Shown: in pieces, positions 49,563-58,943 of the stretch
How the letters are laid out: each line of letters opens with the position of its first letter
Numbering within the stretch: position 1 is the first letter of the stretch
Virus record (IMG/VR): IMGVR_UViG_3300019378_000501
Length of the DNA stretch: 64,000 bases
Source: an uncultured virus (IMG/VR IMGVR_UViG_3300019378_000501)
Taxonomy: Duplodnaviria > Heunggongvirae > Uroviricota > Caudoviricetes
Reading direction: 5' to 3' (one strand)
Made by a program: the position numbers and the translations under genes
The notes under the pieces: generated by a model
Told to the model about the DNA's origin: nothing
What the model saw: the letters and a program-made list of their open reading frames with translations, nothing else
The model's database searches: none

Positions 49563-50600
49563 ATGACTTTTGAAGAAGTCTTTTCAGTAGAACATCTGTT
49601 AATTTGCGCGCGAGAATGTCTACGCGGCGTAACGTGGAAACAATCTGCACAGATGTTTGAAGTAAATCTGCTGCAATGGGTGGCAACGCTTCACAAGGAG
49701 CTTATGCAAGGCACTTACCGCTCACGAGGCTTTCACAACTTCACAATTTGCGAACGCGGAAAGCGACGTGAAATTTCATCTGTCCACATCTCCGAACGAT
49801 GTGTACAGAAATGCCTTGTGAAATTCGCATTGAAGCCCACCATTGTTCCACGCCTGATCTATGATAACGCCGCAACCATAGAGGGACGCGGAACGGAATT
49901 TGCAGTAAAACGACTGCGGGAGCATCTGCGCTACCATTTGGCGCGTTACGGGAGAACCGGCGGGATCTTGACTATCGATTACCACAATTATTTCGGCAGC
50001 ATAGATCACGACCGGCTCTTGGAGATGTACCGCGGGATAATTGACGACGATCGGGTATATGACCTGATCGTCTATTTTATTCGCTGTTTTCCCGGTGACA
50101 AGGGCCTCGGCTTAGGATCGGAGATCTCGCAAATCAGCGCGGTTTTCTACCCTAACAGCCTTGACCACTATATCAAGGACGTGCTTATGGTGCATGGTTA
50201 CGCTCGATACATGGACGACAGTTACATTATCAGCGACGACCTTGATAAGCTACGGGAATACCGGGACATCATCACCCGAAAATCTGCGGAATTGGGGCTT
50301 GAACTCAATGCCAAAGTGACGCAGATAACGAAATTCGACGGCGGCAGCTTTGTCTACTTGAAGAAACGCGTTTTTATCACCGAAGATCATCGGATCGTGA
50401 TGCGGCTCGTTCCGAAAAACATCACGCAAAGACGCAGAGGTATCAAGAAACAAAGGAAAATGCTTGCGGACGGTAAGATTTCGCCCGAATCTATGCGGCA
50501 ATCATTCAATTCTTGGCGTGGATACGCCGAAAAATACGATAGTTATACATCAATCAAACGTCTGGAAACGCTGATGGACACCGTGACCGGCGGGCTATAA
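49563..50600 (+). CDS. DGR reverse transcriptase
   Basis: ERGKRREI, ERCVQ, DYHNYFGSIDH, GLGLGSEISQ, YARYMDD; start uncertain (49494-49563). Confidence 0.93.
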   Translation: MTFEEVFSVEHLLICARECLRGVTWKQSAQMFEVNLLQWVATLHKELMQGTYRSRGFHNFTICERGKRREISSVHISERCVQKCLVKFALKPTIVPRLIYDNAATIEGRGTEFAVKRLREHLRYHLARYGRTGGILTIDYHNYFGSIDHDRLLEMYRGIIDDDRVYDLIVYFIRCFPGDKGLGLGSEISQISAVFYPNSLDHYIKDVLMVHGYARYMDDSYIISDDLDKLREYRDIITRKSAELGLELNAKVTQITKFDGGSFVYLKKRVFITEDHRIVMRLVPKNITQRRRGIKKQRKMLADGKISPESMRQSFNSWRGYAEKYDSYTSIKRLETLMDTVTGGL

Positions 50601-50627
50601 AGCTACACAACGATAAGGAGAAGCCCA

Positions 50628-51131
50628 TTGACTATTTCAGATTTATTCGCCTCCTTCGGAGTGGGAGAGGTGGTGGGGCAGTGCGGCATTGTATTAGTGG
50701 TCGTCTTTTCCCTGCTCCAAATCGCTCCCATTAAAATTAACCCGTGGAGTTGGCTCGGTAAGAAAATCGGAGGTTTCTTCGGTTCTCTTGCCGCCAGAAT
50801 CGGAAAAGCGATAAACGGAGAAGTGATTACTGAGCTGAGCGGTATCAAGGATCGTTTGGCTGAGTTGGAGAAGCACGACCAGCGTCAAGACAAAGACCGG
50901 GGTGAGGACAAGGCCCTTGACGCACGCCGACGAATCCTGCAATTCGCCGACGAGATCCGCAGAAAAGTCCGTCACTCCGAAGAACATTTCAACAACGCCT
51001 TTGAGGACATCGACTACTACAAAAAGTATTGCGATGAACACACCGACTTTGAGAACGACAAAGCGCGTATCAGCATCAAGATCATAGAAGAAACCTATGA
51101 GCGCTGTACGCGCGAAAATGATTTCCTGTAA
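50628..51131 (+). CDS. Holin-like membrane protein
   Basis: QIAPIKINPWSW TM region; RILQFADE...F.N.KA; upstream of lysin. Confidence 0.6.
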   Translation: MTISDLFASFGVGEVVGQCGIVLVVVFSLLQIAPIKINPWSWLGKKIGGFFGSLAARIGKAINGEVITELSGIKDRLAELEKHDQRQDKDRGEDKALDARRRILQFADEIRRKVRHSEEHFNNAFEDIDYYKKYCDEHTDFENDKARISIKIIEETYERCTRENDFL

Positions 51132-51145
51132 GGAGGACAGTACAA

Positions 51146-53197
51146 ATGAGCCTGACTGGAAAAACCAACGCGCAGAAGATCTGGAACTACCTGATCGCAA
51201 AGGGCCTGACCCCCGCCGGTGCCGCCGGTCTGATGGGCAACCTTTACGCCGAAAGTGGTTTCAAGGCAACCAATCTGCAAAACACCTACGAAAAGAAGCT
51301 GGGGCACACCGACGCATCGTATACCAAAGCGGTAGACGATGGCTCTTACACCAACTTCGCAAAGGACGCTGCTGGCTACGGTCTGGCCCAGTGGACTTAC
51401 CACACCCGGAAAGCCGCGCTGCTGGCTTTCGCTCAGGCTGCGGGTAAGTCTGTGGGCGATCTGGAAACCCAGCTCGACTTTCTTATCAAGGAGATGTCTG
51501 AGGGCTACAGCGGTTTGCTGAACACCCTCAAAACGACCACCTCCATTCAGACGGCATCCGACCTCGTGCTGACCCAGTTTGAGCGCCCCGCTGATATGGG
51601 TGACACCGTTAAGGCGAAACGCGCAGGATACGGGCAGGCCTACTACAACGAGTTCGCCGGATCTTCCGCTGCTGCGGAGGAGGAGCGCTACACGGAGGCA
51701 CAGTTCGACATTACCACCCCCATCAAGACTGCGGCCCAGCTCGCGGCAAAAGCAAGCCTTGTAGCCAAGAACTACAAGACCCTGTACGTCATGGGCTGTT
51801 TCGGCGCTCCCATGAACGCCGCAAATAAAGCCCGGTACTGCGCAAACCACAGCTACAACAAGGCTGCGGATCGTACCGCCATGATTCAGGCAGCAAGCGC
51901 CGACACTTTCGGTTTTGATTGTGTTTGTCTTATCAAGGGCCTGCTGTGGGGTTGGAAGGGCGACACCAGCAAGACCTACGGCGGCGCGTCTTACGCGGCC
52001 AACGACGTTCCTGACATCGGCGCGGACAGCATGATTAAAGTCTGCTCTGATGTTTCCACCGACTTCTCCAATGTCGAGGTGGGCGAGGCGGTTTGGTGTG
52101 AGGGCCACATCGGTATCTACATCGGCAACGGTCTGGCCGTGGAATGTACTCCCCGCTGGAAGAACTGCGTTCAGATCACCGCCTGTAACTGTGACGTAAC
52201 TGGGTACAACCGTCGGAACTGGACGAAGCACGGCAAGCTGCCCTACGTCACCTATGACGAAAACTCTACCGAAAAGGTAGAGGATACGAAGTCTGAGGAT
52301 ACGAAGTCTGAGGATGCGGCGGCTCCGAAAGAACTGAAAGTGGGCGACATTGTTACGTTCACCGGCACGAAGCACTACGCAAACTCCAACGCTGCGACCG
52401 GCCCCGCCTGCAAGCCCGGTAAAGCGAAGATCACTGCAATCAACGCAAAGGGCAAGCACCCCTACCACCTGATCCGTGTATCCGGCGGCGGCTCCACCGT
52501 ATACGGATGGGTCGACACCAACGACATCGAAGAAGCAGCGCGGGTCGAAGCTACACAGCCGGAGGCCGCGACAAAGAAAACGAGCTGGGAGGTCGGCGAT
52601 GAAGTGGACTTCACCGGCACGATCCACTATGCGAGTTCCAATGCGACGCGCGGCGTATCCTGCAAACCCGGTAAAGCGAAAATTACCGCGATCTACGCCA
52701 AGGGTAAGCACCCCTATCACCTGATCCGTGTATCCGGCGGCGGCTCTACCGTATATGGATGGGTCGACGCTTCTACTTTCGGCGCGGACGAAGTGGAGGA
52801 CGCTGCGGAGGAGCCTGACCCCGACGACTGGGACAGTATTAAATACTTCAAGAAATCCGAGTTCGCCTGTAAGTGCGGGCGATACTGTGACGGCTATCCC
52901 GCCGAGGTCGATATGACGATGGTGAAATACGCCGACGCGATCCGCGCGCGACTGGGCGTACCTGTGTCCGTCAACAGTGGTTTGCGCTGTAAACAGCACA
53001 ACGCCAACGTGGGCGGCGTGTCCAACTCTCAGCACCTTTACGGCGGCGCTGCGGACTTGGGTTGCCCTGCCGGAAAGACCGTCGCTCAGATGGTTGCTGC
53101 GGCTGAGGCCGTCATGGGCAACACCGGCGGCATCGGTACTTATTCTTGGGGTATTCACATCGATTCCCGGAAAACCAAATCCCGTTGGAACGGATAA
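51146..53197 (+). CDS. Multidomain endolysin (lysozyme-like + NlpC/P60-like + 2 binding repeats + peptidase M15A)
   Basis: AGLMGNLYAES/GYGLAQWT/FERP; FDCVCLIKG...GHIGIYIGNG; duplicated KHPYHL...VYGWVD; SGLRC..HN..VGG..NSQH..G.AAD...IHID. Confidence 0.85.
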   Translation: MSLTGKTNAQKIWNYLIAKGLTPAGAAGLMGNLYAESGFKATNLQNTYEKKLGHTDASYTKAVDDGSYTNFAKDAAGYGLAQWTYHTRKAALLAFAQAAGKSVGDLETQLDFLIKEMSEGYSGLLNTLKTTTSIQTASDLVLTQFERPADMGDTVKAKRAGYGQAYYNEFAGSSAAAEEERYTEAQFDITTPIKTAAQLAAKASLVAKNYKTLYVMGCFGAPMNAANKARYCANHSYNKAADRTAMIQAASADTFGFDCVCLIKGLLWGWKGDTSKTYGGASYAANDVPDIGADSMIKVCSDVSTDFSNVEVGEAVWCEGHIGIYIGNGLAVECTPRWKNCVQITACNCDVTGYNRRNWTKHGKLPYVTYDENSTEKVEDTKSEDTKSEDAAAPKELKVGDIVTFTGTKHYANSNAATGPACKPGKAKITAINAKGKHPYHLIRVSGGGSTVYGWVDTNDIEEAARVEATQPEAATKKTSWEVGDEVDFTGTIHYASSNATRGVSCKPGKAKITAIYAKGKHPYHLIRVSGGGSTVYGWVDASTFGADEVEDAAEEPDPDDWDSIKYFKKSEFACKCGRYCDGYPAEVDMTMVKYADAIRARLGVPVSVNSGLRCKQHNANVGGVSNSQHLYGGAADLGCPAGKTVAQMVAAAEAVMGNTGGIGTYSWGIHIDSRKTKSRWNG

Positions 53198-53250
53198 ACC
53201 ATTCACTGTAAATCGCGCCTGCGGGCGTAAATTTGAAAGGAGATATTATT

Positions 53251-53640
53251 ATGATCCCTGAAATCATCATCGAAACCGTCGTGCAGATCCTCGCCTGCCT
53301 GCTTGTCACCCTGATCGGCGTGCTGGGCGCTTGGCTGACCGCCAAGATCGGCAAAAAGGCAGAACTGACCAACATCGGTCTGGCTACCAATGAGGTTGTC
53401 AGTGCCGCGCAGCTCACCGTTCTTGAGTTGCAGCAGACCGTTGTTGAACAGTGGAAGGCTGCAAGTGCTGACGGCAAGCTGTCCGAAGATGAAATTAAAG
53501 AGTTGGGTGTTATGCTGATTCAGAAAACTATGGAAAAGATGTCTGCATCTGCGAATAACCTGCTTGTCTCTGCGGGCGTGGACATCACCGCCATTATCAA
53601 GGGCGCGGGTGAGGCCATGATCCAGAGCATGAAGAAGTAA
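53251..53640 (+). CDS. Holin
   Basis: N-terminal TM, QQTVV..WK....DGKL; after lysin. Confidence 0.65.
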   Translation: MIPEIIIETVVQILACLLVTLIGVLGAWLTAKIGKKAELTNIGLATNEVVSAAQLTVLELQQTVVEQWKAASADGKLSEDEIKELGVMLIQKTMEKMSASANNLLVSAGVDITAIIKGAGEAMIQSMKK

Positions 53641-53653
53641 TATCCGCACCATT

Positions 53654-53688
53654 GGGCGCACGGGCTTCGGCCTGTGCGCCCTTTTTTT
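53654..53688 (+). terminator. Late operon terminator
   Basis: GGGCGCACGGGC-ttcg-GCCTGTGCGCCC-T7. Confidence 0.9.
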
Positions 53689-53848
53689 ATGCCCAAAATG
53701 TCACCACATGGTTGTCCACACCGCATTTTTAATCTGTTGCAAACTGTTGTTGTGTTGACAAACGCGAGAAACAGATTTTTAAGGTGGTGACGCGAGTGTT
53801 GCCCTAAAGTGACGACAGAAAAAGCCTTGCGGTTCTTAGGTTTTTCTA

Positions 53849-53967
53849 TATTTGTCAACACTTCAACACTTATTTCTAATTGACTTATAAAAAGTAGTAT
53901 TTAGGCAGTATACGCAACGCCTAAAACGCCTGAGCGCACACATCTGTACGCGCGTGCGCGAGTGTTG
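53849..53967 (+). repeat. Origin-like non-coding element, copy 2
   Basis: Homologous to 22442-22562. Confidence 0.8.
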
Positions 53968-53998
53968 TTGCCCTGTAATTTTGGCTTGCATAAATCCA

Positions 53999-54073
53999 GT
54001 CAAATTTTTTTGACAAAACTATTGACAAGTCAAAAGTCTTTTGCTAATATAATGATAGTCAAAAACATTTGAC
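53999..54073 (+). promoter_or_regulatory. Operator-covered promoter of right-arm operon
   Basis: Perfect operators at 53999 and 54058, partial at 54029; TTGACA(54022)-17-TAATAT. Confidence 0.8.
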
Positions 54074-54113
54074 TGAAACGACAATCGAAAAACGACATAC
54101 GGAGGAATTAACC

Positions 54114-54329
54114 ATGGAAAAAACCAATAAGGGCCTGTACATCATCAAGAAGTCCGAAAGCACCGTCAAGGGCCGCAACGTAGTCCTTACCCGCAAGACC
54201 AATTTGGCAGGCGACGTTCTGCATGGCGTGGTTCTGGAAAACACCCGGAACGGTCGTCACCAGAAAATCGGAACCTTCGCCGGTATTCTCCCCGCGTGGA
54301 ACGTCTACAAGGCACTCGTGAAAAAATAA
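54114..54329 (+). CDS. Hypothetical early protein
   Basis: GGAGG RBS; first gene after promoter. Confidence 0.65.
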   Translation: MEKTNKGLYIIKKSESTVKGRNVVLTRKTNLAGDVLHGVVLENTRNGRHQKIGTFAGILPAWNVYKALVKK

Positions 54330-54390
54330 GCCGAAACGGGCAACAGCCCGTAGCCGGGAACCGCCCCACCTGGCCTGACGATGGCAGGGC
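54330..54390 (+). ncRNA. Type II hammerhead ribozyme
   Basis: GCC-GAAA-CGGGC/GCCCG-UA-GCCGGG/CCUGGC-CUGACGA-U-GGC, plus loop GCCC/3' GGGC pseudoknot. Confidence 0.85.
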
Positions 54391-54422
54391 ATCACGACAA
54401 ACGACAATCGGAGGTAACGATT

Positions 54423-54626
54423 ATGTTTCATTACAAAGTTAAATATTCTTGGCTGACCGGGATCGGCAGCGAGCGGGTTTATGAGTACGACATCTACATT
54501 GCAGAGAATTGTCAAGAGGCTGCCGACCTTTGCCGTAACGAATACGGTCATTTGCCCGGTATGCGCGTCGAGTTCATCTGGAAAAGCAATTACGGCTCTT
54601 GGCTGGCCGTCAACGCATGGAGGTGA
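54423..54626 (+). CDS. Hypothetical protein
   Basis: GGAGGT RBS. Confidence 0.6.
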   Translation: MFHYKVKYSWLTGIGSERVYEYDIYIAENCQEAADLCRNEYGHLPGMRVEFIWKSNYGSWLAVNAWR

Positions 54627-54631
54627 GCGCT

Positions 54632-55024
54632 ATGAAGGTAGTAAAAAACGACCGCGAGCTGCGGGTCGCTTATGAAATCCTTACCCTCCTGACCGATGGG
54701 AGCCACACGTTCGCCAACCCTGAGAGGCTGTCCCAGTGCATCATCGAAACAAAGCGCGCAATGCGCCGGTACACTCACCGCGAAACCGGCTACGACCGCC
54801 GGATCATCAAGGACGACGGCATGGATGGTTATCTCAGCCTTGAGCGGCTGCCCGACGACATTCGGGATCTGGAAGAAGCCAACCGTTTCTTTGAGCAGTT
54901 TATGACCTACCATTACCGGCCCTCTGCCTACGATTGCACCGGGCAGGCTATGACAAATTGGTTCAAAGTGTTCCCCCGAAACGGCGGGTTCTACGCCTAC
55001 CATTCTGTCAGCTTCGACGTTTAA
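54632..55024 (+). CDS. Hypothetical protein
   Basis: GGAGGT RBS; YDCTGQ motif. Confidence 0.6.
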   Translation: MKVVKNDRELRVAYEILTLLTDGSHTFANPERLSQCIIETKRAMRRYTHRETGYDRRIIKDDGMDGYLSLERLPDDIRDLEEANRFFEQFMTYHYRPSAYDCTGQAMTNWFKVFPRNGGFYAYHSVSFDV

Positions 55025-55429
55025 GGAGGCGGCAAGGATGTTCGAGAAACGCTTTTGCCCCTACTGCGGCGCTCCGTTATCTGACGGCTGTGATTGCGCC
55101 GCAGAGTTGGAGCGGTACGAAAACGAGCTGATCGAGGAACTGGAAGATCGCCAGTGCATGACAGCTTGGCAGCAGGACTTGATTGACCTGCGCAGGTTTG
55201 AGCGATAAGGAGGTTTTGATATGGCTACCTACAAAGTGACGCGTGAAGGTTATCGCGCAACGATCCTCACCCGCGAGGGTGAAACCCGCGTTTCCCGGCT
55301 CTATCCCCGGTGCGACCGTGAGCTTTTGGAGCAGGCGTGTGAACGCATGAGTAAGATCGGCGAAGCCGTTTCCTATTCCATCGATTGGGTTAGGGTTCAG
55401 ACAGATGCAGGGTAAGGGAGGACAACCAC

Positions 55430-55684
55430 ATGAATGAGTTTAATCAGGGCTACGAAATCATCGCAGCCGAAACCTATCAGATCACCGAGAAAGGCAGAGA
55501 GTGCCGGATCGTGTTAGGCCGCATGGAAACCAAGTACGGCGCGATGTTTGTCACTTGGGAGAGTACCACCGGCGCTATCGGCGGCGACGGATACGCGGAC
55601 TACTTTTGGGGCCATTACCTCGACAACGAGAAAGCGGCTCGCGCCGACTATCACCGCCGACTGCTTGAGAAGTATGAGAGCTGA
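55430..55684 (+). CDS. Hypothetical protein
   Basis: FVTWE...YFWGHY...A..DY..R. Confidence 0.6.
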   Translation: MNEFNQGYEIIAAETYQITEKGRECRIVLGRMETKYGAMFVTWESTTGAIGGDGYADYFWGHYLDNEKAARADYHRRLLEKYES

Positions 55685-55858
55685 GAAAGGAGCTGTCACC
55701 ATGTACGAAATCGTGTACGACTACGACGACGGGTGGAGCGAATCCCGAAACAACGTCGAAACGTTCGAGGGTTCGTGGTCTGAGTTGCAAGACCACATCA
55801 AGAAGATGCGCCGCAACGGTTGCTACAACATTTACGCGACAAGCGTTAAGGAGGGCTT

Positions 55859-56266
55859 ATGAAACGACTGACTTACTGGAACGGTAAGAAATGGATCTTG
55901 CCGCAGGGATCTTGGCGAGAGATCGCCGACCGACTGGCCGCCTATGAAAATACCGGCTTGGAGCCTGACGAGATCGCTCAGTTACAGGCCCACAGTCCTG
56001 TTGAGAACGATTTTCCAGTCGGCGGCGACATCTTTACCGCAGTAATCGTAGCCCGTGAGGGCGGCGGCTATGTCCCCTACATCGACCCGGTAAACTGCTG
56101 TGCTTTCCTCCGTGCGTCGGAGATCCGGGAGCTGGCAGACAATCCCGATGTTATCAACCAGCGCGGCGCAAACCATCTTGTTATTGAGGTTTACCCGGAT
56201 CGTTGGCACGTCGCTCAGGTGGGCGGTTATACCCCGGACAGCGGTATGTATACCAAACTTTACTGA
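55859..56266 (+). CDS. Hypothetical protein
   Basis: RLAAYENTGLEP motif. Confidence 0.6.
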   Translation: MKRLTYWNGKKWILPQGSWREIADRLAAYENTGLEPDEIAQLQAHSPVENDFPVGGDIFTAVIVAREGGGYVPYIDPVNCCAFLRASEIRELADNPDVINQRGANHLVIEVYPDRWHVAQVGGYTPDSGMYTKLY

Positions 56267-56281
56267 TCGGAGGATTTGAAT

Positions 56282-57199
56282 ATGAACTATTACGAGATCA
56301 ACGAAGATGCTGCCAAACGCGCTAAGGACGCGAACAGCTTTTTCGACTACGTTCCCGGTTCCGCAACTCACCACTACCGTGCGGAAGTGGATAGGGCTGC
56401 TGAGATCGCAGCCAAGCAGAAAGAGCGTGTCGACCCTATGTACCACGCCAAGATCGACGGTCTGTTGGAGAAGTTCGCCCGCGAGCTGGCCGAAGTTATC
56501 AATCATCGAAACGAGATTGACGCACGCGTACCCTCTGTGATGGTCGCCGGTGGCAGCAATTTCCCTGTCGCGGCTAAGAATCGGCAGAACGCAGCTCGTG
56601 AGCGTAACGACGCGAGGTATGCAGAGGTTCAGGAGATTTTGCGGAAGATCCAGAGCGTCGGCATGGGCGGCATTATGAGCGACGATAAAAACGCCGTCGC
56701 CAAGCTGACCGCGAAGTTGGAAAAGCTCGAAAAGCATCAGGCACTTATGCGAGCCGCCAATGCTGCGGTTCGCATGAAGGATGTTGAGAAGGGCGACGCT
56801 AAGTTAACGGAGTTGGGTTACACCGCAGAGGAAATCAATCAGCTCCGCACTCCCGATTTCTGCGGTCGTCTCGGATACCCTGATTATGAGATGAAGAATA
56901 ACAACGCGAACATTCGCCGGATTAAGGAGCGTATTGCCGCTTTGGAGAAAGAGGCGCAGCGCGCCGCCGAGAATGTCGACGCGGAGCCGGTCAAGGGCGA
57001 CGGCTATGAGTTGATTGAAAACGCCGAGATTGGGCGTATTCAGTTTGTTTTCGACGGTAAGCCCGACGAGTATACCCGCGCGCTGTTGAAGTCTAACGGT
57101 TTCCGTTGGTCGCCCTCTCAAGGCGCTTGGCAACGGATGCTGAACGATAACGGCAGATATGCGGCCCAGCGGATTATCGAAAAACTGAACGCAGAATGA
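56282..57199 (+). CDS. Conserved phage/ICE protein (DUF3560-like)
   Basis: PSVMVAGGSNFP, NNNANIRR, FDGKP...LK.NGFRWSP...AWQR. Confidence 0.65.
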   Translation: MNYYEINEDAAKRAKDANSFFDYVPGSATHHYRAEVDRAAEIAAKQKERVDPMYHAKIDGLLEKFARELAEVINHRNEIDARVPSVMVAGGSNFPVAAKNRQNAARERNDARYAEVQEILRKIQSVGMGGIMSDDKNAVAKLTAKLEKLEKHQALMRAANAAVRMKDVEKGDAKLTELGYTAEEINQLRTPDFCGRLGYPDYEMKNNNANIRRIKERIAALEKEAQRAAENVDAEPVKGDGYELIENAEIGRIQFVFDGKPDEYTRALLKSNGFRWSPSQGAWQRMLNDNGRYAAQRIIEKLNAE

Positions 57200-57825
57200 C
57201 GGATAAGCTACACGAAAGACGGAGGCGACAAGCGTGAACAACGTTTATGAAGGTTTTGCAATCATCGGTATTTACCTCGCACCGCTTATGGCGGCCCTCG
57301 CTATCGGCGGTATCTTTTCAGATTTCATCTTGCCCCGGTGTCCACGCTTGCTCTGTTTTCTTGAGTGGGTGTTCGGGATCGACTTGGGGCCATGAGAAAG
57401 GAGCTTCAATGTTCATCAAAGCGACCATCAAAGTTACCAAGGAGAACACGATCTGGATTAACCTCGATAACGTCACAATGGTAACTCCCTGCATCAACGG
57501 TACGACATTGCATTTCACCGGCGGCGGGCAGGTCAACGTTGTCGAGGATTTCGACACGATCCGTGAGCGGATCACGTTCGCAGAAGCAATGAGAAAGGTG
57601 TGACAACTGTGGGATATTTCGATACCCTTGCAAAGTTCTTAGGGATGTTCCCTAACTTTCTCGAATCGGTGGCGTTTTGGTCGCCGGTTCGAGACAAAAA
57701 TACTATTCGTGTCGAGCTGAAAAGCGGTCAAAAGCTGCTGTTTACCTACTGGAATGACCGGGAGTGGAGCCTGACCGCCGTAAACGGCGCAGTTCGGAAA
57801 GTTTAACCGTAAGGAGGAATGACCA

Positions 57826-58308
57826 ATGCTTACCGAGATCACCGGCGACCTGTTGACGGTTCGCGCCGGAATTATCTGTCACCAAGTAAACTACTACGGT
57901 GTCATGGGTGGCGGTGTCGCCGCTGCCATTGCTGATAAGATTCTGTCAGCCGAACAATATGCCGCCTACTCCATGTACTGCAAGCAGGCTGGCCGTACAG
58001 CCTTAGGCAGCGTTCAGTTCTTAGGATGCGCCCCCGGTCTGGTCGTCGCCAATATGTTCTGTCAGGACGAAGCTCTTGCCCAGAGAGGCGGCAACCTTTG
58101 CATCACTGACTACGACCTTATGTACCAATGTTTCAAGCGCGTGCGCAATATGGCACAGATCCAAAAGATGCGGGTTTACATCCCGCGCAATATTGGCTGC
58201 GGCATCGCCGGTGGTAACTGGGATACCGTGAAGCAGATCATGGAGGACGTTTTCGGGAAAGGCCCTGTGGACGCTTTCATCGTAGGGCGGGAGGTTGGAA
58301 ATGGCTAA
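57826..58308 (+). CDS. Macro domain protein
   Basis: GDLL, ICHQVN..GVMGGGVA.AI, ANMFCQ, IGCGIAGG.W. Confidence 0.85.
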   Translation: MLTEITGDLLTVRAGIICHQVNYYGVMGGGVAAAIADKILSAEQYAAYSMYCKQAGRTALGSVQFLGCAPGLVVANMFCQDEALAQRGGNLCITDYDLMYQCFKRVRNMAQIQKMRVYIPRNIGCGIAGGNWDTVKQIMEDVFGKGPVDAFIVGREVGNG

Positions 58309-58589
58309 AATCGTCGAATGTGTTTCCGGCATTGATGGTAACGGCTATCAGTATATGTTGGGTTGGCGAGCGCCACTGTGGTTGGATGCACACGGCCTGA
58401 GAAATGGGCCAGCATGGGCGCTCCGACTGCACCACGATAAGAACCGTTCCGAACTGGAAACCTTTATTTGGGTTGGTGGCACACCTCGCAACGGAAAAAC
58501 TGTCGCGGTGTTCAAAGACGAAATCATTACCGAGGGCGAACTTCCGGCACTACTGAAAAAGCATAACATCCCGTTCGTGGAGGTCGAAG

Positions 58590-58943
58590 ATGGCAAGGCG
58601 TAAGAGCTACACGAACGCGGATCAGATCCGCAGCATGACCGACGATCAGTTGGCAAAAGCACTTTTAGATGCGAACGATACCGGCGTTTCCATTCCTTTC
58701 TGTCAAGAGCTGCCGGAGTGTGAGGCGCTGTTGGACACCGGGATTATCCCGGATGAAAAGTGTCTACAGTGCGTCAAGGAGTGGCTGAAACGGCCTGCAT
58801 TTACGAGGGGGGGGAGTATCGCATGGATAATAAACTGGGTAAGGGTGTTCGTTTTGAACGTATCCGTCGAATCACCGGCTATCTGGTCGGAACCTTGGAT
58901 CGCTGGAATAATGCCAAGAAAGCTGAGGAACGTGACCGTGTAA
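58590..58943 (+). CDS. Hypothetical protein (3' end depends on G8 tract)
   Basis: TNAD.IRSMTD..LA motif, Cys cluster. Confidence 0.5.
   Translation: MARRKSYTNADQIRSMTDDQLAKALLDANDTGVSIPFCQELPECEALLDTGIIPDEKCLQCVKEWLKRPAFTRGGSIAWIINWVRVFVLNVSVESPAIWSEPWIAGIMPRKLRNVTV

Larger units (their letters stand above)
48551..50600 (+). mobile_element. Diversity-generating retroelement (VR-hairpin-avd-TR-RT)
   Basis: All components present in canonical order. Confidence 0.96.

Noticed and set aside
49563..50600. RT as group II intron, retron or Abi RT
   Set aside because: Short, no maturase/endonuclease extension, and the adjacent TR/VR pair plus Avd explain it as a DGR
51095..53206. Long antisense ORFs (also 10469-12208, 47327-48586, 8126-9424)
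   Set aside because: Shadows of real genes with biased codon usage; no recognisable motifs
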